IMG/VR virus record: IMGVR_UViG_2840500688_000001
Span: 6,810 to 70,809 of that record
Strand: one strand, 5' to 3'
Length of the DNA: 64,000 nucleotides
Source of the DNA: a virus
Lineage: Duplodnaviria > Caudoviricetes
Shown here piece by piece: positions 53,006 to 61,146 of this stretch (position 1 is the first letter of the stretch; every line of letters starts with the position of its first letter). The position numbers and the translations under genes are program-made. Under the pieces are notes generated by a model. The model worked only from the letters and a program-made list of their open reading frames with translations, was not told where the DNA came from and searched no databases.

Positions 53006-55614
53006 TGAAAATGGAACGCAGTCAGAGAGATGAAGTGGTGCGCCGCTTCATCGCAGAAACAGGGGCAAAGCCTCAAGGCAATGGCAAACGCTATAAAAAT
53101 GGCATTTGTCCAAGCTGTCAGAAAAAGAAATTATGGATATTTGGTGATGATCCGTGGAAGATCCAATGTGATAGTACCACGTGCGGTTATGAGATCTCCG
53201 CACGTGATCGTTATCCAGACATCTTTGAAAACTTTTCTAAACGCTATGCCCATGAAATGGCAGAAGATGGCCGCGCAATTGCTAAAGCATACTTGAGGGA
53301 AGCAAGGGGCTTTAACACCACATTGTGTGACCAATTCACGCAAGAAACGTTTTTTGATTATAGCACAAAAGTTTCCACACCAACGGTGCGTTTTCCAATG
53401 CCAGGGGATGGTTATTGGGAACGTCTGATTGAAAACTTGGAAAAGTTTGAGCAAAAAGCCCACTTCAAAAAAGGCTATTCATACAAAGGATTGGCTTGGC
53501 ATTTTAATGATCTTGATGTGACCAAAATTAATGAATTATGGGTGGTTGAAGGGATCTTTGATGCCATTGCATTAAGACATCACAATATTCATGCCATCAG
53601 TGCCATGAGTGCCAATAACTTTCCTGAACACACTTTAACGCAGATCTACCAAAAGAATCCGCGCTTAAATATTGTGATTGCCTTAGATTCAGACGAGAAA
53701 GGCAAACAGTCCGCCATTAAGTGGTTAAAGCTATGTGAAAAAATAGGATTCTTTTCTGACATCCGTTTGGCCATTACCAATGATGGCGATGATTGGAACG
53801 ATAAGCACATCAAAGAGCAATTAGATGATGAAGATATTGAAACCTATCTTCACCATGGCGCAGTGTTATCCGCAAGATCACCGATGCGCAAAGCATATTT
53901 GATGTATCAGCGCTATGAAAAGCAGCAGTTTTTCCTTGAGTTCAATTTCAATACGTATTGGGTCAAAGTGGATGTGAAGGCGATGCTTGAAGCCATCAAT
54001 AAAAACGATGAGGACGAGGAAACGGCATTTAAATCGTCTTGTACCATCACTGAGATCGCCAATTGTGTTACGAATATTCTGTACGCACAAAAAGAGTTGG
54101 ATACCAATGAGTTATTCTACTTTCTTGAAGTGGTCATGAAGAATAAGCGTAATAAAGATGCTTTTTCACCGAAGCAATTGTCCAGCGCGGGCGAGTTCAA
54201 GGCACGTGTGATGAATACGGTGTCAGGTGCGACATTTACAGGTGAAACAAAGCATTTAGATCAAATCTATCGTGTGAAAACGAGTGACATCAAAGACATT
54301 AGCACGGTGCCATTTTTAGGGTATGCCAAAGAGTTGGGTGCATATATTTTCCCTGAGTTTGCCGTTAAAAATGGCCGTGTCTATAAGCTCAATAAGGAAG
54401 AGTATTTTGAGTTGCCAGGGAACCAAAACATTAAGACAACTTTTTCAATGCCTGAGTTTGATCCAAGCATGGACTACCAAAATACATGGCACCAAGATTT
54501 CATTGATGTTTTTGGCCAAAAAGGATTGACGGTTTTAGCGTTTTGGCTCGGCTCATTATTCGTAGAACAATTGCGTGATGTTTATAAAGGCTTTCCATTT
54601 TTGGAACTCACAGGTGAAGCGGGTGCGGGTAAGTCCACCATTTTGCAATTCATGTGGAAACTCTCTGGGCGTGGTGGTGATTATGAAGGGGTCAATCCCA
54701 ATAACGGCTCTAAAGTGGGTTATTTCAGAACATTATCACAAGTGGCCAACTTGCCAACGGTGATGATTGAGTGTGAAGGCTTTAACTTAGAGGATCTCAA
54801 GTCCTTATACAATGGCGGCTACTTGAGAACAACGGGCCAAAAGAATAATGGCAATAACACCAACAGCCCTAAATTCAGAGGTTCATTGATTTTATCCCAA
54901 AATGAGCGAGCCATTACCGCAGGTTCACGCGATAACTTAATTGCGTTGTTGTCCCGCCTTGTTTATGTGCATTTTGATACGAGCAATCACACCTCTGAGT
55001 CACGCATTAAAGCCCGTCGATTAGAACAAATGTCAATGGATGAATTGTCAGGCTTTTTGGTGGAAGCACTTAAAAATGAAGATGCCATCTTAAAGTGTGT
55101 TCACTCAGTTTTTGAACAAAACAGAGCACGCATTATGGCATTGGAAGAGGTGCAAACAACGCGCATTGGCTTGACGCATGGCTTGATGCTCTCATTGTTG
55201 CAGGCTTTGAAGTTTTTAATGCCCATTCCTGAGCACACGTTGCGTGCAACTGAAGAGTACATTTGCCGCATTGCAATTGAACGCGATATTGAACTTAAAC
55301 AAGATCATCCAATTTTAGAACAGTTTTGGGAGGTGTATGAGTATCTCAATAATGAAGGTTTTGCGGTTAATCATTCCAGAAATGATGAGTATATCGCCAT
55401 CAACTTAAATCAGTTTTATGGATTGGCCGCAGAGATGCGCCAGCAGCTTGATGACATTAAAACAGTCAAAAAGATGCTGCCACACACAAGCAGGCACAAA
55501 TACATTGAGCACAATAAAGTTGTGAATTCTAAGTACAACGATGATGAGTACACAACCAGAGCAGGGAAGGGTTTTGGCTCATTGCGTTGTTATATTTTTC
55601 ATAAAGGTAAATAG
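53005..55614 (+). CDS. P4-alpha-like primase-helicase
   Basis: Zn ribbon 'CPSC...C...TCG', TOPRIM 'VVEGIFDA...ALD.D..G', Walker A 'GEAGAGKST'. Confidence 0.88.
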   Translation: MKMERSQRDEVVRRFIAETGAKPQGNGKRYKNGICPSCQKKKLWIFGDDPWKIQCDSTTCGYEISARDRYPDIFENFSKRYAHEMAEDGRAIAKAYLREARGFNTTLCDQFTQETFFDYSTKVSTPTVRFPMPGDGYWERLIENLEKFEQKAHFKKGYSYKGLAWHFNDLDVTKINELWVVEGIFDAIALRHHNIHAISAMSANNFPEHTLTQIYQKNPRLNIVIALDSDEKGKQSAIKWLKLCEKIGFFSDIRLAITNDGDDWNDKHIKEQLDDEDIETYLHHGAVLSARSPMRKAYLMYQRYEKQQFFLEFNFNTYWVKVDVKAMLEAINKNDEDEETAFKSSCTITEIANCVTNILYAQKELDTNELFYFLEVVMKNKRNKDAFSPKQLSSAGEFKARVMNTVSGATFTGETKHLDQIYRVKTSDIKDISTVPFLGYAKELGAYIFPEFAVKNGRVYKLNKEEYFELPGNQNIKTTFSMPEFDPSMDYQNTWHQDFIDVFGQKGLTVLAFWLGSLFVEQLRDVYKGFPFLELTGEAGAGKSTILQFMWKLSGRGGDYEGVNPNNGSKVGYFRTLSQVANLPTVMIECEGFNLEDLKSLYNGGYLRTTGQKNNGNNTNSPKFRGSLILSQNERAITAGSRDNLIALLSRLVYVHFDTSNHTSESRIKARRLEQMSMDELSGFLVEALKNEDAILKCVHSVFEQNRARIMALEEVQTTRIGLTHGLMLSLLQALKFLMPIPEHTLRATEEYICRIAIERDIELKQDHPILEQFWEVYEYLNNEGFAVNHSRNDEYIAINLNQFYGLAAEMRQQLDDIKTVKKMLPHTSRHKYIEHNKVVNSKYNDDEYTTRAGKGFGSLRCYIFHKGK

Positions 55615-55625
55615 GTAGGTGAAAC

Positions 55626-55832
55626 ATGAGTGAAGAAATGAAAAAAGACGATCAATTATTAACGATTAAAGATATTGCAGAGATGTTCCAATTGTCTGTT
55701 GGGCATGTGAAGCAACGAGTTGTCAAACAGCCTGATTTCCCAGCGCCCATTAAGCTGATGAAATATGCGCAGCCGCGTTACAAGCGCTCCGATATTTTGG
55801 CGTTTATTGATAGTCGAAAGGAGAAATATTAA
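55626..55832 (+). CDS. AlpA/excisionase-like HTH protein
   Basis: 'LLTIKDIAEMF', 'PDFPAPIKL...RYKRSDI..FI'. Confidence 0.8.
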   Translation: MSEEMKKDDQLLTIKDIAEMFQLSVGHVKQRVVKQPDFPAPIKLMKYAQPRYKRSDILAFIDSRKEKY

Positions 55833-56020
55833 TGGACAATCAGATCATCAACGAGCGTATTGCTGGCATTGAACGCGTTTTGGCATATCTACAAAAGCAA
55901 AGAATGCAATTGTTTGATCGGCGCAAGATCCAGAAGAGGGAATACAAATTGATCATTGATGAAATCAATGATGCAAAAAGGCGTATTCATAAACTTAAAG
56001 CAGCAATGAAGGGAAATTAA
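55832..56020 (+). CDS. Hypothetical protein
   Basis: Coupled ORF, coiled coil. Confidence 0.5.
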   Translation: MDNQIINERIAGIERVLAYLQKQRMQLFDRRKIQKREYKLIIDEINDAKRRIHKLKAAMKGN

Positions 56021-56135
56021 TGCAGAACTTCACGATTAAATTGGGCGGCTATGAATATGTCATCGCTGCACAATCTTTTGAATTGGCACACTTAGAAGCC
56101 GTTAAACAACATTTAGAATTGGGTAGGGAATTACA

Positions 56136-56378
56136 ATGAGCATGATAGATAAACGCGACAAAACCTCTTACATCATCAACAATCCAGTTAAGAAGTTATT
56201 AAATGAGCATGGCTATATGTTGAGCCGCCACAATACAAAGAGTTTTGATGGGCAGTGGCTTTATAACATCTCAAAAATTAGTTTAGTCGGGATGCAGCAC
56301 ATTGAGCAATTCACACGTAATGGCTTGATGGATGCTTATAACAAGGGGGTGTTGATTCAGATGTTAGAGGATAAATAA
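56136..56378 (+). CDS. Hypothetical protein
   Basis: ORF with AGGGA SD at the end of the early operon. Confidence 0.5.
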   Translation: MSMIDKRDKTSYIINNPVKKLLNEHGYMLSRHNTKSFDGQWLYNISKISLVGMQHIEQFTRNGLMDAYNKGVLIQMLEDK

Positions 56379-56390
56379 AGACGTGAGATA

Positions 56391-56502
56391 AAGACGGCAT
56401 CTAGATCAGCGCACAAACACTGATCTAGATAGCTAACTGCATAACCAGTTATCCCATTGCGCATACACGCAAGACCGCTCCTGGCCAGGAGCAATAATTG
56501 TA
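56391..56502 (+). ncRNA. Conserved four-hairpin leader upstream of com (copy 2)
   Basis: AAGACGGC + 11-bp stem 56399-56430 (loop CGCACAAACA), TAACTG/CAGTTA, TTGCG/CGCAA, GCTCCT/AGGAGC; homologous to 5261-5372. Confidence 0.7.
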
Positions 56503-56514
56503 ACAAAGGTAGTT

Positions 56515-56664
56515 ATGAAAAAGGAATATATCCGCAATAATACGGAAGAAATACGTTGTACACATTGCAACCGCAAGCTTTGTGAGGCAATATATCGGCT
56601 TATTGTAATTAAGTGTCCAAGGTGTAAAACCTTAAATTCACTTAAAAAGGATCCTGAGCGCTAA
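56515..56664 (+). CDS. com: Com-family zinc-finger translational regulator, 49 aa (not in the ORF track)
   Basis: MKKEYIRNNTEEIRCTHCNRKLCEAIYRLIVIKCPRCKTLNSLKKDPER. Confidence 0.88.
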   Translation: MKKEYIRNNTEEIRCTHCNRKLCEAIYRLIVIKCPRCKTLNSLKKDPER

Positions 56665-56678
56665 GAGCGTCTAACTAT

Positions 56679-56715
56679 GCATGCCATGAGCATCTTTAAT
56701 TTGGAGATGCCCATG
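56679..56715 (+). promoter_or_regulatory. Com-binding hairpin plus SD-sequestering hairpin at the methyltransferase start
   Basis: GCATGCCATGAGCATC; GCATCT pairs alternatively with AGATGC overlapping SD GGAG; ATG at 56713. Confidence 0.72.
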
Positions 56716-57501
56716 CGCAAATATCATAAAGCCCCATTACCATTCTTAGGCCAAAAGAGAAATTGGTTACGAAACATTTATGAAATGGATTTCGACAATA
56801 AAACCGTTGTGGATCTATTTGGTGGTAGTGGGATTTTATCTCATGAGATTAAGCGTAATCACCCAACTGCAACGGTTGTATGGAATGATTTTGATGATTA
56901 TCAATCTCGTTTAGATCAATTAGAAAAAACAGAAAGCTTGCGTCAGAATTTACTCGATTTTGGTATGGGTTTAGAAAAAGCTGCACGCATTGATCATGAG
57001 ACCAAAAATAAAATATTATCCATCATTAAAGCATCAGGTTGTACTGATTATTTGACGATTTCTAGTTGGGTATTATTCAGCGGTAATTATTGTCATTCCT
57101 TGGATGAAATTGCCAAAAAGAATTGGTATTTTCGAGTGACTAAAAATCCACTATCTTGTGATGATTATTTAAAAGGTGTGATTCGTGTTCAGAAGGATTT
57201 TAGAGCGTTATTGGCTAAGTATCAGCATAAAGAGAACGTGATTTTTATTGCGGATCCGCCATATATTATGACGAATCAGCAAGGTTATATTCCTGATAAA
57301 AATGATGATAACTTCAAACTCCGTGATGCAATTGCCTTAATCAAAGCCCTTAAAGGGCAGAATGCTATTTTATTTTCTAGCACTAAATCTGAAACGGATG
57401 ATTTATTAGAAGCCTTTGATGTGCCCATCACCAAACGAATGGCTTATCAGGCTTCATCTGGTGAGGGCAGGAAATACACGGAGTTGATGTATGTGATGTA
57501 G
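56713..57501 (+). CDS. N6-adenine DNA methyltransferase (Hin1523/Hia5-like, mom-position)
   Basis: 'APLPFLGQKR', 'DLFGGSG', 'ADPPY'; homologue of 5569-6360; ORF 56677-57501, likely start 56713. Confidence 0.9.
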   Translation: MRKYHKAPLPFLGQKRNWLRNIYEMDFDNKTVVDLFGGSGILSHEIKRNHPTATVVWNDFDDYQSRLDQLEKTESLRQNLLDFGMGLEKAARIDHETKNKILSIIKASGCTDYLTISSWVLFSGNYCHSLDEIAKKNWYFRVTKNPLSCDDYLKGVIRVQKDFRALLAKYQHKENVIFIADPPYIMTNQQGYIPDKNDDNFKLRDAIALIKALKGQNAILFSSTKSETDDLLEAFDVPITKRMAYQASSGEGRKYTELMYVM

Positions 57502-57504
57502 GTG

Positions 57505-58371
57505 TTATTGAACTTCTATCATTTCAAGTTGAAAGTTATGTGAATCATCTTTAATTTGATAAAACTTAACGTGAGTATCTTTAAATATACAGCGTAGGTA
57601 TCTTTTATGATGTTTATTCATCTTTGATCCAAAATAAATTGCAGTTACAGCGGATTGGTTATATGAAAAAAAACGATTATTTAATTCTCCACTTCTAAAA
57701 ATTAATCGTATCTCATTTTCATAAGACCATGATGATGATTTTCTTGTTAATATTTGAGTTAGGAATTTTTCATATTTTGCTAGCAGATGATTGGTTAGAA
57801 CTTGAGTATCTGTAAAGATTAATTCTTCTTCTTTTTTGATAAAGTCATTGAAGTAAATTTTCTTTGTTTCTGTTGTATATTCTACCTCTTCTAGTTTTTT
57901 ATTTGGTGCGAGGATTTCTGAATCATATTCTATTACAAATCCTTGAGACCCATTAGCGTAATGTGCCCACATTAATTCATTTGAAGCTGTATTGGTTAAA
58001 GAATAAATACCTGAGTTTTCTATAACTATATCTATTTGGCTTTTAAGTTGATTAAATAATAGCTCATCTACCTGTTGGATTATTAATTTACATTTATTTC
58101 TTTCTTGTATGTCTTTCATAAAAACCGAAGGAGTATTCAGTGTTTTTTCTGCTAATTCATAAAGGATTTTTAACTCAGGATTAAGTTGTATCATTGTTTT
58201 GCGAACTTCATTGTTAATATCTAATTTGAGCGCATTTATATCTATAGCTCCCTCTCTTGAGTCATTTAACTGATTTAGAGTAGGTACATATATTTCATTT
58301 CTAGATAATGTTTTAAAATGATATTTTTCAATGCCTTGGTATTTATAAACTTTCATGTCATTCAATTCCAT
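57505..58371 (-). CDS. DUF2971-like protein
   Basis: 'YKY', 'NDSREG', 'LMWAHYAN...GFVIEY', 'KS..WSYENEIR'. Confidence 0.8.
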   Translation of the reverse strand: MELNDMKVYKYQGIEKYHFKTLSRNEIYVPTLNQLNDSREGAIDINALKLDINNEVRKTMIQLNPELKILYELAEKTLNTPSVFMKDIQERNKCKLIIQQVDELLFNQLKSQIDIVIENSGIYSLTNTASNELMWAHYANGSQGFVIEYDSEILAPNKKLEEVEYTTETKKIYFNDFIKKEEELIFTDTQVLTNHLLAKYEKFLTQILTRKSSSWSYENEIRLIFRSGELNNRFFSYNQSAVTAIYFGSKMNKHHKRYLRCIFKDTHVKFYQIKDDSHNFQLEMIEVQ

Positions 58372-58406
58372 TGTAATTTTAGTTAGATCTAGTTTGAGAT
58401 TAGTAA

Positions 58407-58994
58407 TTACTGATTAAGTAATTCTTCAGCTGTATTTTTATTTGAAAAACAAAATGAGTCCTTTTGTGGCATATTTGACCATACGGCTGTTTTTCCAAGT
58501 TTTATACATGAATTTTTGATATCACTACCAAAGTATCGTGCTATTTTTTCAAGGTTTTGAGTACTGGGTTTTACTCTTTTCCAATGCCAAAAATATGGCT
58601 TACTACCTTCATTGTCATATTTTTTATCATTGGTAATACACATTCCTAGCAAATGAAAGGCATCTTTTTGATTAGGTGGATTCAGAACTTTTAAATTGTC
58701 TATTGCATTACCCAATGCGATAAATAAATGTTTTGTTGTAATTGGTTTATCTTCTTGCTTGAAGAGGTTGATATTTTTGAAAAAAATATCTTCTGGTATT
58801 TTCTGATTAATATGACCATTGGCTGCAATCTCTGGTTGCCAGCCCAAATTTTGTTCTTCTATTCCAAGAGTCATAGATCTACATTCAGAATAGAAAATTC
58901 CACGTATTTTAAGTCCTGAGAAAATGAAATTAAAAAGCACTGATTTGATATTTTTTTCATCCATTTTTTTAACTAAGATATTTATATTTGCCAT
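58407..58994 (-). CDS. AT-rich hypothetical protein
   Basis: 195-aa ORF coupled to its neighbours; 'KPYFWHW', 'NLEK' motifs, family uncertain. Confidence 0.65.
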   Translation of the reverse strand: MANINILVKKMDEKNIKSVLFNFIFSGLKIRGIFYSECRSMTLGIEEQNLGWQPEIAANGHINQKIPEDIFFKNINLFKQEDKPITTKHLFIALGNAIDNLKVLNPPNQKDAFHLLGMCITNDKKYDNEGSKPYFWHWKRVKPSTQNLEKIARYFGSDIKNSCIKLGKTAVWSNMPQKDSFCFSNKNTAEELLNQ

Positions 58995-59947
58995 TATTTA
59001 GCCTTTTTAACTCGTTCCCATTCTTCTTTTAAAACTTTACTAGTTAAACGAATAAATATTTTTTCTAGTAATTCATCTAAAGTTATCGAAGTATTAATAT
59101 CTATGTTATATTTTTTAGCAATTGAGGTGGCATTTTTGATAAATTCGTCACAGTCTGATTGTAAAATAGGATACAAATTAATACATCTCAATTTATATTC
59201 AGTTGGCAGCGGAATTTTTAATAATTTCTCGATTGAGTCATTATCAAAGTTATTTAAATATAATTGGTTTCCTATCTGATAAGAATATCCATTTGGAATA
59301 CCATTTAATACATGTTGTGTATCTAAAACATGGTTTCTCATCATAGATCTATCTCTCATCATTTTCATAATGGATAAGATATCTAAATTTATTTTTTCTT
59401 TATGATTTAAATAGAGTATCGATGATTGATATAGTTGAGATATTTGATTATCAATATTTTGTACATCATCTTTTGATGATTTGTTTGTAATATTTCTATG
59501 AATTGAAGAACAGTTATACAAATATGTCGTAAATATATCTCTTACCTTATTAATCCATTCCTGTCTGTTTTTAGATAAAACTTCAACTTTTACTCTATAA
59601 GTTAAGGTGTACATTACACCATAATAAGCTAAAGTACCTGCGAAGAATGTACTGAAGATTGTCGATGATGATATTGAAGTAATGTCTGTTTTTAAAAAAT
59701 AATCCAAAGGATATTCAATGGTGTAATAAACATATGCTATATAAAAATATCCCAACAAAAAAGGCATCATCCATATTATTACTCTTTTTGTTGAGTTTAT
59801 GGATTCGTTTATGAAAGGGTATGCCCATTTAAATATTGTTTTAAAAAAAGCCACAGTTTTTTTCATGCCATTAAAAATTTTTGAACATGTATTATAGATA
59901 CAGTAACCATTGTTTTTAACTGGGCAGTTTTTGCTATCACAAGACAT
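58994..59947 (-). CDS. AT-rich membrane protein
   Basis: Two TM segments followed by 'SKNRQEWINKVRD'. Confidence 0.65.
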   Translation of the reverse strand: MSCDSKNCPVKNNGYCIYNTCSKIFNGMKKTVAFFKTIFKWAYPFINESINSTKRVIIWMMPFLLGYFYIAYVYYTIEYPLDYFLKTDITSISSSTIFSTFFAGTLAYYGVMYTLTYRVKVEVLSKNRQEWINKVRDIFTTYLYNCSSIHRNITNKSSKDDVQNIDNQISQLYQSSILYLNHKEKINLDILSIMKMMRDRSMMRNHVLDTQHVLNGIPNGYSYQIGNQLYLNNFDNDSIEKLLKIPLPTEYKLRCINLYPILQSDCDEFIKNATSIAKKYNIDINTSITLDELLEKIFIRLTSKVLKEEWERVKKAK

Positions 59948-59950
59948 TTA

Positions 59951-60955
59951 TTATCCTAATCTATTTGCAATCTCGGTTGCTGTTGGGTTGTAGTAAATCA
60001 TCAATGAACGTGTATCACGATGACCAATCATTTTTGCTAAGTCTAACACACCTAATTTTCTTGCCAAACGAGTACATGCCTCATGGCGTGAATCATGGAA
60101 AGTTAAATCCTCAATCCCCAAAGCGCGGGTTGCTTTTCTAAATGTTTGGCTCACACTGTCCGAGCTGATATTAAATAATGGTCCACTCATTTTAGGACCT
60201 AATAATCTTAATAGCTCAATGGCACGAGAAGAGAGCGGGACATCACGATTATCATCATTTTTAGTGCCAAAAAGCGTTAGGTATTTATCACTCAGTTTGA
60301 TTTGTTTCCAATCTAGATACGTAATTTCACTTTGGCGCATGCCTGTTTCAATAGCCAATAAGAAAATCAGCCCGACAACCTGTTTTTGTAACGTGGGTTG
60401 TGTGTCTTTAAATTGAAACCATTCCATGAGTTGGGCTATTTCTTCTTCAGAGATTCTGCGGTTACGATGTGGCGGTTCTTTCAATGCACGCAGATCAGTC
60501 AAAGGATTGTGATTTGTCCAGTTCCATTCACGACGAGCCATTTCCACAACTGCACGCACTAAAGATAATTCACGATTCTTAGATGAATTGGCAATAGGGC
60601 GCTGGTCACGCCACTCTGCAATCATGCGGGCTTTTAGCTTCATCAAAGGCACATCTTTTGGAAAATAATCTTGATTCATAAATGCATTAATGCGATGCTT
60701 TTCATTACGAGCGCCTTTTTTGGTGGGTGTGACCTCTTGGGCATAGCGTAACATTGCATCACCCAAAGTTTTGCCTTCATCATAATCTTTCTCTGCGCCT
60801 GTTTTGATTTCACGTTCACGTGTTTCCATCCACATGAGCGCATCTAGTTTAGAAGAAAAGCTTTTTGATTCATTATGCTGCACATAGTTTTTAGTGATTT
60901 TAATGCGAGCTTGATATGAATTTCCGCGTTTTCTAATTGTCCCCATTTTGTTCAC
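59951..60955 (-). CDS. int: Tyrosine integrase
   Basis: 'ETGMRQSEI' (R), 'GTKN' (K), 'FHDSRHEA' (HxxR), 'IGH', 'YY'; adjacent to the att repeat. Confidence 0.95.
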   Translation of the reverse strand: MNKMGTIRKRGNSYQARIKITKNYVQHNESKSFSSKLDALMWMETREREIKTGAEKDYDEGKTLGDAMLRYAQEVTPTKKGARNEKHRINAFMNQDYFPKDVPLMKLKARMIAEWRDQRPIANSSKNRELSLVRAVVEMARREWNWTNHNPLTDLRALKEPPHRNRRISEEEIAQLMEWFQFKDTQPTLQKQVVGLIFLLAIETGMRQSEITYLDWKQIKLSDKYLTLFGTKNDDNRDVPLSSRAIELLRLLGPKMSGPLFNISSDSVSQTFRKATRALGIEDLTFHDSRHEACTRLARKLGVLDLAKMIGHRDTRSLMIYYNPTATEIANRLG

Positions 60956-61050
60956 TCCTAATGTTTTACACTCTTACGCTTTGTCTTAATAAGTTTAGCA
61001 AGAATCGGACATATAAGAATGTTGTAAAACGAATAGTAGTAAAGATCTTC

Positions 61051-61127
61051 CCGCCGCCTCCACCAAATATGTCGTAAAAAGATTAGCCATTTCAATAACT
61101 TGAAGTGGCTTTTTTATTTTCTGTCCC
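61051..61127 (+). repeat. ssrA: att site (right copy): ssrA 3'-end fragment plus terminator
   Basis: 77-bp imperfect direct repeat of 29537-29613. Confidence 0.8.
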
Positions 61128-61146
61128 ATATTAATGCATACAATAA

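Larger units (their letters stand above)
29537..61127. mobile_element. P2-like (phiCTX-type gene order) prophage, ~31.6 kb, apparently complete
   Basis: Flanking 77-bp direct repeats, P2-type head/tail gene set, repressor, primase-helicase, integrase adjacent to the right repeat. Confidence 0.93.

Noticed and set aside
56399-56430. Two GATC sites in the leader stem, suggesting Mu-like Dam/OxyR control of the promoter
   Set aside because: The equivalent stem in copy 1 (5269-5300) has no GATC, so this is not a conserved feature.
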